Source: Octopus bimaculoides
Lineage: Eukaryota
Reading direction: 5' to 3'
Length of the DNA stretch: 64,000 bases
Assembly: GCF_001194135.2 (NCBI RefSeq)
Contig: NC_069009.1
Coordinates: forward strand, 9,605,452 to 9,669,451
Shown: in pieces, positions 36,377-50,819 of the stretch
Numbering within the stretch: the stretch's first letter is position 1
Layout of the letters: each line of letters starts with the position of its first letter
Made by a program: the position numbers and the translations under genes
The notes under the pieces: generated by a model
The model's database searches: none
Told to the model about the DNA's origin: nothing
Seen by the model: only the letters and a program-made list of their open reading frames with translations

Positions 36377-38079
36377 CTGCAATAAAAATAAGTCCATAGT
36401 CAAAAATTATACAAGATAAGACAGGAAAAACATGTCAAATACAGGACAGAGGTAGTAAATATCATTCATGAAAACGATTTTGTCTGCAAATTTAACTATT
36501 ATTACCACTACCACATGTACGCATAAGTCTCACACACACACACACACACACACACGCACAGTTGTGTGGTAAGAAGCTTGCTTCCAACCATATGCTTTAG
36601 GATTCAGTCCCACTGCATGGCACCTGGTCTGGCCAGGGCCTTGAGTGGATATGGTAAACAGGAACTGAAAAAAGCCCATCATATGCATGTGTGTGTGTTC
36701 CTGTGTTTGTCACTTCTCCTCCACTGCTCAACAGCCAGTGTCGGTATGCCTACGTCCACATCACAGAGATTCAACAAAAGAGACTAATAGAAGAACCAGG
36801 CTCTAGTCCTTTAGTGTTCAGACCAGTCGAAAGTGGCTAAAAATAATACCCCCTTTATTTGTTTGAACCGGCCAGCTTCGGTTGTGAAANNNNNNNNNNN
36901 NNNNNNNNNNNNNNNNNNNNNNNNNNNNNNNNNNNNNNNNNNNNNNNNNNNNNNNNNNNNNNNNNNNNNNNNNNNNNNNNNNNNNNNNNNNNNNNNNNNN
37001 NNNNNNNNNNNNNNNNNNNNNNNNNNNNNNNNNNNNNNNNNNNNNNNNNNNNNNNNNNNNNNNNNNNNNNNNNNNNNNNNNNNNNNNNNNNNNNNNNNNN
37101 NNNNNNNNNNNNNNNNNNNNNNNNNNNNNNNNNNNNNNNNNNNNNNNNNNNNNNNNAGTGCCCTGTGTAAAGGGTGCTTTGGGCAGTTTCACGACAGAAA
37201 TTATAGCATAACTAGATTTTGTTGTTTGATAGCAATATCATATTTTATTTTTATTATTTGTGCCCTTTTAAAGCCTAGCCAGGCTCATGGGCCCGGTTTC
37301 CATGACGTATGCCCCCCTCCCCAGATGGATGGGACGCCAGTCCATCGCAGCTTTACTCAAGAAACAGGAAGAAAGAGTGAAAGAAAGTTGGGGCGAAAGA
37401 GTACAACAGGCGTCACCACCACACTCTGCCAGAGCCTTGTGGAACTTAAGGTGTTCTTGCTCAATAAACACACACAACGCCCAGTCTGGGAATCAAAAAA
37501 GTATATTACACACTTATACTCACCTTTGTCTCGCCTCTCAAAAAGCTTTTTTTTTTTTTATTAGATGCATTCTGTTATATAAATGTATAAGAGTACATGG
37601 TATATTGACTAGTAAAAGAGTTTTCTACTTTATGAAAATGTTTGAATGAAATATAGACGAAAGAGTAAAATCTTGCACCAATTATACCTGCATTTTATTT
37701 AATTCAAATTAATGTACCTCATCTTAAAAAGTGGCAAAATTGTTGGCTGTTGATATCTGGGATAAATTTAGTAAATCAAACAGGTAACATGTATTAAGAA
37801 TTTGAATTTTAGAGTTTTAAATTTACCTGCCCATAAATGTCAAATTTAATCAGAAAGATCTAAAATTACGTAACTATAAACCACTGGCATATAAGCACCC
37901 ACTGAAAGAATTTCAAACCTGTATGTAAAAAATTCAAGGTACAAGCAAATATTGTGGACATGCCTCTGGAACCTAAATAATTCAAAATCATGTTAAACTA
38001 GCATTATATTGCCAGATTAGTCTGAACACTAAAAGTTAAAGAAATCACTTGGTTTGATACACTCAACTGAAAATTCAAG

Positions 38080-39965
38080 CCTGTGTTTTCTACGTGCTAC
38101 CTGCATGGGAGCCAGTCTGGTGGCACTGGCAATGACCACGCTCGAATGTTATTTTTCACAGGTCACCGACACAAGAGCCAATCCGTGGCCCAGGCAATGA
38201 CCACGCTCAGATATGCTTTTAATGTTCCACTGGCACAAGTGCCAATCAGGCAGTACTTTCATTAGCCATGTCAGCGATTTTTATTTGATTTCACTTGCCT
38301 CAATAGGTCTTTGCAAGCAAAGTTTATTGTCCAATGAATGAGGGATATTCATAAGTGGGCTGGTTACACCCACAGCATATCTCCAAAGGTATCGGTCACT
38401 AGTCATTGCCTCGGTAAGGCCCAGTGTTCGAAGGTCGTTCTTCACCACCTCGTCCCAGGTCTTCCTGGGTCTACCGCTTCCACAGGTTCCCTCAACTGCT
38501 ATGGTATGACACTTTTTCACACAACCTGTCCTCATCCATTCACAACACATGACCATACCAGTGCAGTCATCTCTCTTGCACACTACATCTGATGCTTCTT
38601 AAATCCAACTTTACACATGCATCATACAGTCTACCATTTACTCTGAGCGAGAGGCCCTTTGTCACCAGCAGAGGAGCTCTCTTAACTTTGCCCAAGTATT
38701 CTTATTCTAGCAGCCACACTTTCAGGGCATCCACCCCAGCTACTGACTTGGTCCCCTAGGTAACTGAAGCTATCAACTACTTGTAGTGACAGCAGCGGTT
38801 CTCTACACATTTTCGGTGTTTATAGTTACCTGAGCATTTGCCACATGCAAAAACTATCTTCCCAGTTAGACTTCCTTTGATATTGCTGCACCGCTTATTT
38901 GTCCATAGCTTACACTGGGTACATCTTATGTAGTTTCTACCTACACCTATTCTATGGATCAAGCAGGGCCATCTACCTGAAGGGATTTGTGGTTTGTCTG
39001 CCTTCCTACTTATTAAGACTTTGGTTTTAGCTAAGTCGGCTCTAAGGCCCTTCGATTCTAATCCTTGCTTCCACACATGAAACTTTTCCTCTAGTTCTGA
39101 TGGTGACTCAGCAATTAGAGCAAGGTCATCATTATAGAGGAGCTTCCAGGGGCATCCTGTCTTGAGTTCCTCTGTTATTGCTTGGAGGACTATGATGAAT
39201 AAGAGGGGGCTGAGGATTGAACCTTGGTGGACCCCTTCCCAGGATTCCTCACTGTACTCGTTGCCAAAGCTCACCTTACTGACAGCATCCCTGTACATGG
39301 CTTGCACAGCTCTCACTAACTATTCATCTATCCCTAGTTTCCTCATTGACCACCAGATAAATGATCAGGGAACCCTTTCAAAGGCTTTCTCCATGTCAAC
39401 GAAAGCCAGGTGCAGAGGTTTATCTTTGGCTAGGTATTTCTCCTGCAGCTGTGTTACCAGAAATATAGCATCAGTGGTGCATATACCTGGCACAAACCCA
39501 AACTGCATCTCATCTAAGCTGACTCTCTAATTAGTTGGGCTATGACCCTCTCCATGACCTTCATTACCTGATCCAACAACTTTATACCTCTGAAATAATT
39601 TTTATCTAAAGCATCACCTTTACTTTTGTAGCAGTTGACTATGTTGCTGCTACACCAGTGATTGGGTATGACCCCTTCATGTATCACCTGGTTAACTATA
39701 TAGATGACTAGGCTATAGCCAGCATTACCAGATATTTTGAGCATCCCTGCGGTGATTGCGGATGGACCGGGGGGAGGGGGTCTTTCCCTGCTGCCAGTAA
39801 GGTGAGCGTTGGCAACGAGTACAGTGAGGAATCCTGGGTAGGGGTCCACCCAGGATCAGTCCTCAGCCCCCTCTTATTCATCATAGTCCTCCAAGCAACA
39901 ACAGAAGAATTCAAGATAGGATACCCCTGGGAGCTCCTATGCTGATGACCTTGCTCTAATTGCTG
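38080..39965 (-). mobile_element. RTE-type LINE, degenerate and rearranged (RT core to 3' UTR)
   Basis: RGIKLLDQVMKVMERVI, GVHQGSILSPLLFIIVL, LLY(N/A)DDLAL, GRPRKTWDEVVKNDL. The RT segment QG..LSPLLF..YADD is present twice (about 39120-39290 and 39780-39965). Confidence 0.9.
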
Positions 39966-41811
39966 AGACACTTATAGCACCTAGGTTTACCAAGCGGTCA
40001 GCCATCGAAGTACTCACTAGGTTCGATGTTGCCTAACTTTGGTGATCGGATGAGAACTGGTGCTTTCAACGTAATATGACATACATACATACACATATGA
40101 AAAGCAGAGAATACACCTTTACGACAGGCTCTTACAGTTTTCATGTACCAGGTCACCCATAAAGCAGTCCAGAGTTCATACCAGTCAGCGTTAGTGGGAA
40201 TGAAACCTAAATCCAAAGCAACCTTACGCCAGCACCAACACACAAGTATCTAAAATGTAATTAGCACTGAATAACAAAAATAATCTTAAATATATATTGT
40301 ATTGCATAACCCAACATTAATTTTTCTCTAACTGCCTCACATCATCACTAGTGTTTCTCTGAAACCATTACCCCAGATTATTTTTAAATTGATCTTGTCA
40401 AGGCAAATACAGAGATATTCCATTCAACAATTTAATGACTGCCGTGGAACTTGAAGTTACAAAACTTGAAAATATCCTCATCTAACAGCTGTCCAGACTC
40501 CCTTACATTTATAAGACAAATGGCCCCATGGTTCTGGTGCCAGTGCAAGTAAGAAATGTTACTGTTAAGTAAGCAATTCAAGAAACTAAATTCAATAAAC
40601 TCTAAGTTTATTAAGCAATGTTTCACATTTAGTAATTCATAGCGCATACAAGTGAAGTGTGTATATATACATACATAACTGCATATTTCATTGTCGTAGG
40701 GCTGTGGAGTCGAAACAAAAAACTTCAACACCTCGACTATTGGTACCTCTGACTCCAACTCCCCTTTATGTAATTAAGTAATTGTGATCCACATATCTCC
40801 AAAGCATTTGCATACACTTGTATTTTGAGTAAACCTATATGTTATAACCATTTTATATTAAATAAAGATACAAGTTGGAGTTGCTAAAACTAAAGCAATT
40901 GATTCTAGCTACAGCTTAATTGTTTCCAACTCCAACTTCACAGCCCTGCAGTGTCCCACAAGTGTTTTAAATTTACCATCATCCAACTCATGCCAGCTTG
41001 GAAAAGCAGGCCTAAAAAAAGAGAGAGAGAGAGATACCAGTCTCAAGTCTACAAGCTCATTACACATTCTAGCCTAGTTAGAGACAAAAAATACAAGACT
41101 GCCAGGACTCCATTGTCATGAGCTACAAGCTGCTTGTAGTATTCTGGATTAGAGTAATAAGAAGTATGCGAGTACCTGTGTGCATACACTACCCATCATA
41201 AATAGCCCAAGCATGGCTGTATGATCATGAATTTTGCTTCGTAACCAGATAGTATTGGGTTCTGTCCCAGTGTGGCACTTCATGTGTCTTGTACTATTGC
41301 AGCTTTGTAATGACCAGTAATCTTGAGGGAAATTTAGCAGACAGAAATGGTACAATATCTATTTCAGCATGTGCCCCCATTTGAAAAGTAAACAAGCACT
41401 GGCAACTGTAAAGTTCGTTTTATTACCAATCTTAAGCTGTATACTATACATGGTACAACAGACATGCATCTACTGCAGCCATGAACTGATCAAAGCCTTC
41501 TCCACTGAATTAGTAGAAACCGTCATGTGTGTTCATGCATTCATCTTTTGTTCTTTGCATGCAAAGCATCAAACAAAAGAACAAAACTGATATCCTTTGC
41601 CAGTGGTTCACAGCCGTTTATTGCCAATGGACTCCCCCGATTCCTATTTTACTTTCCTGGACATAAAAATCTTGCTGCATTTTTATAATTGAATATTCGG
41701 AACTGTATTAAAAAATGTTCATATTTTGTGTATTGTAGAAGTATAATCAATTTACTGCAAAAATTTTAAAAGCAAAACTTTATATTGACCTCGTAAAATA
41801 CACCATTTCAA

Positions 41812-42027
41812 GCGTGGCCATTGCCAGTACCCCCTGACTAGCCTTCGTGCTGGTGGCACGTAAAAGCACCCACTACACTCTGAGTGGTTGGCGTTAGGAA
41901 GGGCATCCAGCTGTAGAAACTCTGCCAGATCAGATTGGAGCCTGGTGTAGCCACCTGGTCCACCAGTCCTCAGTCAAATCGTCCAAACCATGCTAACACG
42001 GAAAGTGGATGTTAAACGATGATGAAG
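41812..42027 (+). mobile_element. RTE-type LINE 3' UTR/tail copy (family A)
   Basis: 'gcacgtaaaagcacccactacactc..gagtggttggcgttaggaagggcatccagctgtagaaa...ccatgcta..gttaaacgatgatga'. Further copies at about 7341-7489, 44371-44810, 48660-48941, 60905-61080(+), 8045-8220, 20500-20860 and 58060-58200(-). Confidence 0.8.
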
Positions 42028-42859
42028 GGCAATATGTACCTCAGTTGAGAACCACTGTCCCTAACAAGTTGTTCCATAGCTCCAGGTTTGTGAAGACAAG
42101 TGAAATAAAAAAAAAAGAAGTACAAGTAAAACAGGCAATGGTTACAGACAGGTGACTGGAAAACAATGCCTCAATACATATGCTGCTAGCATGGAAAAAT
42201 GGACATAAAAACAGGCAAAAACAAAAATTCTAAAGCAGGAATCCAAGATTCCTATATACAGTTGTATCCACTGTTTAACTTCATAGAAAATGGATGTTAA
42301 ATGATATTTAACATTCTCTTTGCCACATCCTATCACAGCGTATTCCATTTCTCAATTTTGTCCCCCACCACTTATCCTTTTGAAATTATTTTAGTGCATC
42401 CTACTTTGCTTTCAACTTTATTCTTCCCACCCATGCCCCAGTGTACCCCTTATTCTTCTTCAGTGCACCTCCTACTCCTCATGCTCTCATTTTATAAAAC
42501 CTTGTTTCTCCTTAGATTTCTCCAACCATCCTACACCACCACAACCTCATAACTAATACCTTACTCAAATATTACAAGTGTATTTTAATTTGCCTTGCTT
42601 TCCAGAAAAATTATTAAGAATCGTATAAAAGTGAACCATTATACTTTAAGTAAACCACTACTGAAAATCTTGGTCTTTTACCTGACAAAATTAAGGCATT
42701 GGTGAAAATGCCAAGCTGTATTCCTCTCAAGTCTTTATGTTCCAAATTCAACTTTGCCTTATCCTTTCAGAGCTATTAAAAGTACCAGTCAATTACTGGG
42801 ATTAGTGTAACTAAATCTTCCCCACAAAATCCTAGGCTCTGTGCCTATGTTAGAATCTC

Positions 42860-42911
<52 letters not shown>

Positions 42912-45900
42912 ACTGTGTGATGAGAGTCAACCCCTTCTATTGTATTAAAAAATATATAACGGACAGAGCACAAATCAAACTGCTCTTTCACAATACAAGC
43001 CCCAACGAGTAGTATAAAGAGTAATTATTCCCACAAATCCTACAGGGATTAAAGAAAGAATAAACTTGCAGAGAAACACACCTAAGGAATCCATTAATTT
43101 GTAGTGAGAGAAAACCTAAATGTGAATGTAAGGCATACAACTGCCCCCCTGAGGGGAGCACAAGGCTAATCTTCCTTGATGAAAAGGTAATATATCGATG
43201 TAGAATTGTAGCAGCCAAGCTTTTAAAAATCTTGCAGAAGACTGCAAGAGCAGACCTGGCTCAGTGGATACACACAAGGCCATCACAAAGATGTTCTATT
43301 CAATGTCACACGTCACAGTGTAGTAACGAGATACCTTGCAGCATGCAGTGAAGCAAAAAGCATGGATGCTTACAAAAATGCACTTAACACCACTAAGCAT
43401 TTTGTCTGGCATGCAAACAATTCTGCCAGGAATAAACACCCATGAAGATGTCACATTAAAATTCTGTTTGTGATACAAAATCAGTACATACACAGTACCT
43501 TGATGTCTAAAAGATTTGTATATGCCACCTACTGAATGCCTCAAATTATATTGGCAAATTATAAAAGTAGTATCAGAAAGAAAAGTATATTTTATATCAG
43601 TCTAAATGGGGCCCAACATATTGTACTTCTCTTGGGCTGGATCTGGCTGGTTTAAATGCTAAACCAGCCCTACCTGTTCTATGTTCAAACTAGCCAGATC
43701 CAGCCTCCAACACCTATCCTAAACGTCATTTTAAAAATATGCAATCACATCATCAAAATCTCAAAGCTATGAGAATAAAACCATTAAAAAGTGTGGTTAA
43801 ATAAGCATTGCATTTGATCAAGTAATCTGAATATTTATTAAAAAATATTCCATCACAGATGACAATACATTGATCTCTGCTTTACAAATAACACAAAACT
43901 CCTCCACAAAGTGAAGCTGTTACTCATAACTATAACAAAATCATCAATGATCCAAACAAACCTGTAGATATGCATCTCACAAAGAGCACTGGAAATCTAC
44001 AAGGATCACAAGATATCAATTCTAAGACATCTTTGAACAGGACTGGTTCAAAAGTCTGTGCAAGACAACATGAAAATTGAACAACTAATGCTGATGCAAA
44101 CCAATAGCTTAAGTTGGATTTGTTCTAAAAAGGAATAAAGTCAGCATATACAAATATTCTCAGAGACAGGAAAATACATAAAAGAAATCTCATTTATTTA
44201 TTAAACAAAACCAGTGGAGAATGCATTTTTCCTAAAAATCAAAAATCACTTTCGTAAAGGAGAGCTAAAAAATAAAATGGGTTTATAGACGAAGTAATAA
44301 ACCCTTTGTGTTTCTACAATTCAATATGCAAGGTAAGCTAAAACTAGTAAAATTAACTGATTACGACTCGTTGAGGCAAGTGAAATCATTGTCATGGCCG
44401 ATGACAGTACTGCCTGATTGGCACCCGTGCCAGTGGAACATTAAAAGCATCATTCAAGCATGATCGTTGCCAGCGTCACCTGACTGGCTACTGTGCTAGT
44501 GGCACGTTCAAAACACCAGTTGAGTGTGGTCGTTGCCAGTGCCATCAGACTGGCTCCTGTGCAGGTGGCATGTAAAATGCCACCATTTGAGCATGGTTGA
44601 TGCCAGTGCCGCCTGACTGGCCCTCATGCTGGTGGTATGTAAAAGCACCCACTACACTCTTGGAGTGCTTGGCATTAGGAAGGGCATCCAGCTGTAGAAA
44701 CTTTGCCAAATCAGATTGAAGCCTGATGTAGCTTTCTGGCTCACCAGCCCTCAATTAAACCATCCAACTCATGCCAGCATAGAAATGTGGACGTTAAACA
44801 ATGATGATGATACACTGGCACATAAGGACGAGTCACTCCTCCCCCATTCTTTTCAGTCCTGCCAGCTGCCTGACAGCCTCACGAATGCCAACAGCAGAAA
44901 AAATAGCATCCAATCCAGTTTGAAAAATGGTTGACATTAGCAAGGGAATCCAGCTATAGAAACATGGCAAAGCCGATAGCGGAACTTGGAACAGCCCTGT
45001 GGCTTGTCAAATCCTATCACACAGTCCAACTCGTGCCATCATGAAAAGTAGGCATTAAATGATATGAACCAAGGTTGGCCTCAGTACATTTCCAACAGTT
45101 CTCATGGAAAAGCAAAAACTGCTTCACTTTCTCCCCCAAAATATGGAAGAAGGCATACATCCTAACCATTAGAGGAGGAAGAGGGACTGACATAAAAAAT
45201 TGAAGGCCTATCAAACTCACATTACCTATCTTCTAAGTTAAACTATCAAAAAGAACTTGATTGCATTCATCAGAGTAAAATGACTTGGTCTTGCTTCCAT
45301 AAGAGAGCTGCTTCACACAGCTTCTACAGTATTATGACAATCATCCATACATGGATTTAGTGTATCCCAAAAGTTGGAAATATAGAAGTTTTTTGAGAAC
45401 TAGGGGTCAGGTTTACTGCAGCCAATGGGAGCAGTAATTCTGAGTAGTTTCTCAAGGAACTGTCTTGGGGCCATTACTGTTTGTAGTAGCTCTCTCACTC
45501 ACCTTGCATTGCTTTGACATCCACTCTCTCTTGCTAAGAATATCAAGAGCCCTGATGATGCCAAAAGCACCCATTCAGAAAGTTTCTAATACAACATACA
45601 TATTGGTTTCAAATGTTGGCACAAGGCCAGCAATTTCGAAGAAACGGGTTTAAGCCAATTATATCAACCCCAATGAAGAATTGGTACGTATTTTATCAAC
45701 CCTGAGAGGATGAAAGGTTATGTTGACCTCAGCAAAATTTGAACTCAGAACACAATATTGGCTCAAGAAAAAGTTTAACATTTAAAAATTTCATATCAGT
45801 CCTAAAACAAAATGCAGCCAGGATGCATAAGAGCAGGATAGATTGCAAACCAGAGTCACAGAGAGTGTGTAGCATGCAAGTAAAAATGAACAATGATGCT

Positions 45901-47462
45901 TGGGAACAAGTCTGAAGTACATTTGTTCTCAAAGCTATTGCTCACAACTATGGCAGTCAAGTAGGAGACTAAACAGAGGAACCCACAATAATCCAACATT
46001 TGTTACACTAAGATGAGGAAGATATCTAGTGCTTTCTAAATCTTGGAAGGATTAGCACCAATTTAGGCATTGAGTAACATCAATCTCTAAATATGACAAT
46101 ACTACATAGGTCCCTCCTCCATCTTAGACAAGATATTCTGAAAAATGAGGTGAATGATGAGTGGATGAACATTAAAACAATACTTATGAGTCACCTATGC
46201 CAAAAGCAGCAGTGTTAAACACCTTCATTCATCAAAAAATCTATGACCGGAGGATCTAACTACAGTAATGGCAGGGCAGATGGACTGAAACTGGTAAGGG
46301 TGTATATTTACACATTCATACATAGAGAGAGAGAGACTGTAGACAACCTTATCAGAATTTTCTTCATGCAGTTATAAGCAACTCTGAAGGAGAGGAACAC
46401 ATGCACATGTGATCTGTTTCCTAAAGCATTGGTTGAGTCAAGGCTATATAGCAGAAAACAGGTCCTCCATGTACAAGATGAGTGAACCTGAAACCGAAAC
46501 CATGTGATTACAAACCTAGCTGTGTAACCAAACTGTTAGGCATGTTGTGTATATACAAATATACTGTATATTCACACACAGGCAGAATTATGGAAAAGAA
46601 ATTTAAACATTTTAAATCCCCGTCCCATATCCTAAAAGTTCCACTATATTTTGAATTATTTTTTTCTAAATCAGCATTTAAAATATGACAGTCTGAATTT
46701 TTCCCAGTAATGGACCACTCTAGGATGCATTCATCATTCCATAAAACACATTTATGCAGAGAAAAATATTGAAAAACATCAATGTCAGTGACAAAGAAAC
46801 GAGGAAGGTCAGTGGTCATGAGATGTGCTAAAAATAACAGCTAAAGTACACTTAAATCTTGCACACAATTTTTTTTTTTTGGTCATAATATGAATTCCTG
46901 TGAACATGAAAAAAAATCTTCAAAAATTTTCTGAATATTCCAGAAAGTCAATGTTTAAAATAAAGAATTTAGTAAAATACCTTTCTCATTACTGAACAAA
47001 CTAGCATAAAATTTTTATGGAAGATAGTAATTAACTTTAAAAATATTTATTTCATAGAACCTGTGTTAGGCACAGGCAGGTTGGTATCAAAAAGGTTAAA
47101 CCAAAATTCCACCCAGACACTATAACCAGTTTTAACTTTTGACAAGCAAAAGAACTTATGTGGATCCAACTCTCATCACACACATGATCAGTCTCTAACT
47201 TGGAGATCTAGTTCTAACATGGAATTCAGCATGAACTTCACACTTCATAACCACTGGAGCATGATACACCCCAAAGAAAAACAAGATTATTAAGTCTCTA
47301 CGTGGCTGTCCCAACCTGCTAGTAATGGCAACCAAATCTTAAATCCTACTTACTCAACTGTCGGTTTAGATGGATGTCTTAAAATAGAGCATGAACACCT
47401 TTGATCATGAGTTTACCAGATAAGGTGTAGCCTGAGGCTAAACAAACAACAATCATACTTAC

Positions 47463-47595
47463 CACCGGTATTGTTTCGAGATCGCGGATCTCGCATGCCG
47501 GTATTACTCCGGCCTCCCATACCAGAGATAGTGCTGCGACACTCTCGCGCATAGTGTCCTGTTCTACTGCATTTATAGCACTTATCGTTACTCAT
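47463..47595 (-). CDS. CNBP: CNBP-like protein, coding exon 1 (ATG)
   Basis: Long polypyrimidine tract + CAG, and the exon begins A-ATG, so an upstream non-coding exon is required. Donor GTAAGT; 133 nt. Encodes MSNDKCYKCSRTGHYARECRSTISGMGGRSNTGMRDPRSRNNTG, similar to the vertebrate CNBP N-terminus MSSNECFKCGRSGHWAREC. Confidence 0.9.
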
Positions 47596-49847
47596 TCTGC
47601 AAAACAGGAAGAAAAAAAGAAAAGAAAAAACAGCAGTTAATTAAAAACAGACTAGAAAACCAACCACTAACAAAGATACATGAAACATCAATAGAGGAAC
47701 ACCATCACACATTGCTCCCCCACCAACTTTTACAATCAGGGGGGGGGGGGCTACACAGCCTCTTTTGTAGTTTTCCCATTACCAAATTGGTTGCCTGAGG
47801 ATGGGCCAACAAGACTTGCTTATGATGTTAGGCAGTTGTAAAAGAAACTTGTGAAACCAACTTCTTGATACGGCCATGCTTATACATGTTACATTTTATA
47901 ACCATCTTAATTTTTTATTTTTTTTTTACCTTTTACTTTGTTTCAGTCAGACTGGCTATGATGGGGTTTTGCCTTTTAGAACTTTGTCAAATATATCGAC
48001 CCACGTACCTATATTTTGTTATGTCTGGTATCTATTTTATCAGTCTTTTGCCAAACTGCCAAGTTACAGAAACGTAAGGAACACAGGTTGTCAAGTAGTG
48101 GTGGAGGACAGACACAAAGACAAACAATGGGCTTCTATCTGTTTCCATCCACCAAAACCACTCCAGTTTTAGTCAGCCCAAGGGTATGGTAGAAGATACT
48201 TACCGAAGGTATCACACAATGAAACTGAACCCGAAACCATGTGGTTGGGAAGCAAGCTTCTTACCACACAGCCATACAATACTTAACTAGATTTTAGAAA
48301 GACAGCTGCCAGACCTGAGATGCTCAGGACTCATCAAAAGGCATTGCTGCCAAAACAGCCTCGGCTTTTCATACACCAGGGAGTTACATATTCCTTATTT
48401 GAATAAAGCATGCATAGTATTTTAATATTCAACAGCTGCACGTGCAGATGATATAAACTGACTCCCGGTAGAAACAATAAGTTAGCTCCCCTTATCCTTT
48501 CTTATTTACAATTTCAGCGACTACTGAATGTTCCAGTAACTGCTTTCAGGAGATAAATGACCAATGTACTGCGATAAATTCCTCTCAGTAGCAAGAGACC
48601 ACTGACAGCATCCCCCACCCCACTTTCTTATTTTTTTGGAATTTTCATAAAATTTTTGCGAATTGCGTTCTCCACGGAGGCAGAGTGACCGAGACCTGTG
48701 GCAATATACCGTGCCTGAGAAGACCTGTCAAGCCAAGTGAGATCGGAGTCGCGGCCAATGTCTGTGTTTCGTAACTGGCACGTAAAGAGCACCCACTACA
48801 CTCTTGGAGTGGATGGCGTTAGGTAGGGCATCCAACTGTAGAAACCATGCCAAATCAGATTGAAACCTGGTACAGCTCTCCAGCTTACCAGTTTTCAGTC
48901 ACTGTCCAACCCATGCCAGCATGGAAAACGGACGTTAAATGAGACAAATCCGTTATGCTTAAAAAATTTTTTTTTTATTTTTTACACTCCATCTTCCAAC
49001 GTCCAAAAAGTTTTATTCGAATTTTTTTTAAAGCAGATTTTAAAATACGGAGTTTGGTTTTGTTTAAATCTCAGCAATGGGCAATCCTTGGGGGGCATCA
49101 TCATTCCAGTAGGTGTTTATGGGGAGAAAAATATTGTCAGAGTGACAAAGAAACGGGGAGGGTATCAGGTGGTCGTGAGATGTGCTAAAAACAGCTAAAT
49201 CACATAAAAAAATCGTATGAATTCCCACGTGTAGAACACAAATTAGCAAGTTTTCTGAAAATTCCAAAAAAATAGGTTAATGAGGAATTTATATAGGTAC
49301 TTAAAAATCAGAATTCCGTCGAATATGGTTATAGAGGCCCTGGTGCAGGATGTGGGTTGTGCGACTGAGGGGTGGGGGTGTAAACGCTTAAACCGAAATC
49401 TCGTTAACTGGTACATTTGCGGTCAGAGAGTGTCAACAGCTTCGTGATTGAAACTCAGAACAAATATTCTTCTACCAATCCAAATAGCACCACTGAGGAG
49501 TATTACAAGACTTTCTCCTCACCACCACCCCTTAAAAAAATTTTAATTCCGACCCCACTCTTTTCGGCTACGGGAATTACTAATCTGCAAAAAAAAATTG
49601 GCAAAATCGACAATTTTTAAATTTTTTAAATAAACAAATTTGGGGGGAAACGGTGGACGGGGACGAGCGGAAGTCTTTCCCCAGAGTAGTCTTCGGCAAG
49701 ATTTTAACTCATGATTTAAGAGATTAACTCTATATATCACAATTACACTACAATTAATAAAAAAAACGTTTTTATTGCCTTAGGGTAATGTAATAGTAAC
49801 AATCAATTATCCTCTTATAATACCACCTTCCCCCATATCATTTCTGG

Positions 49848-49994
49848 GTACTACTAAAGCAGCACGGTCGCGCGTCCGCGCTAGCTAGTCGTGAGTGGTC
49901 GATCCTAACCCTAACCACGTATTCATATGCACACGCGGGTTAGGGATCGACCACTCGCGACTGCGCGTTCGGGACCGTGCTGCTTTAGTAGTAC
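49848..49994. repeat. 147-bp CpG-rich palindromic element (MITE-like hairpin) in CNBP intron 1
   Basis: Perfect 22-bp terminal IR GTACTACTAAAGCAGCACGGTC / GACCGTGCTGCTTTAGTAGTAC. A second inner imperfect IR of about 23 bp contains CCTAACC / GGTTAGG. Confidence 0.85.
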
Positions 49995-50819
49995 TTCATT
50001 TCTGTCACTCGTCAATGTATTAAAAGAAAGGGTATTACTATCTTTTGTATATACACGTACGCATTTTACTTCTTTTAGTCAATGGCCTGCGGCCATGTTG
50101 GGGCATCGCCTTGAACAATCGACCTCAGGACATTCTATAAAGCGTGGTACTTATTCTATCCGTTTACGTCGAACTGCTAAGTTACGAGAATGTAAACAAA
50201 CCAGCACCGGTTTAATTACAAAGCAGTGGTGAGACATATACACGATGGGCTTCCGTTCACCAAATCGGTGAATCGAGGCTATAACAAAACCAAGCCCCAC
50301 GTGCACTCAAAAGATAAATTACGCACGCGCACGTTATGTATTAGATTTGGGTAGTCTATCGCTGGCTGGCTACTCCGAGTTATAAGTTACCTGCCACCTG
50401 GGCATCCACAGGCGAAACTCAGTAACAAGAGACAGACTCAAACCATAAAAAAATGTATCTGCGATGGTACTGAGAACTCCCAACAATCAGTATTAATAGT
50501 GTATACGCGTGTATATATTATACACATAAATATATGTAAATACAATTTAGAGAAAAAGAGACTAAATTGTGCGCAGTGTAAAATATAGCAATTAAAACAT
50601 TAAAAAACCCCACAGTAATCTGCTGAATCACAACGGTTTTATACGAGATTACACTCATAAATGATCGTTGATCAAACGGAAGAAAGTAAAGTACAAACTG
50701 GATTAAAACATTATTGCCACACGTTTTCGTTTGGCTACGGCCTTGTTGCTTGGGTGTATCTGGGCAGATATACGTACGCATAGAAAGGTTGTGTAAAAAC
50801 AGACGAAATAGAACAAAAA

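Noticed and set aside
40228-40249. 22-nt microexon candidate (gctaattacattttAG...GC|GTAAGG) in the intron between coding exons 1 and 2
   Set aside because: Short, weak pyrimidine tract and frame-shifting. Not distinguishable from background splice-like sites without RNA data.
49904-49916. CTAACCCTAAC as a telomerase RNA template
   Set aside because: It matches the vertebrate-type template, but it is largely base-paired inside a palindromic element. No pseudoknot, CR4/5 or H/ACA features are visible, and a SINE starts about 100 bp downstream.
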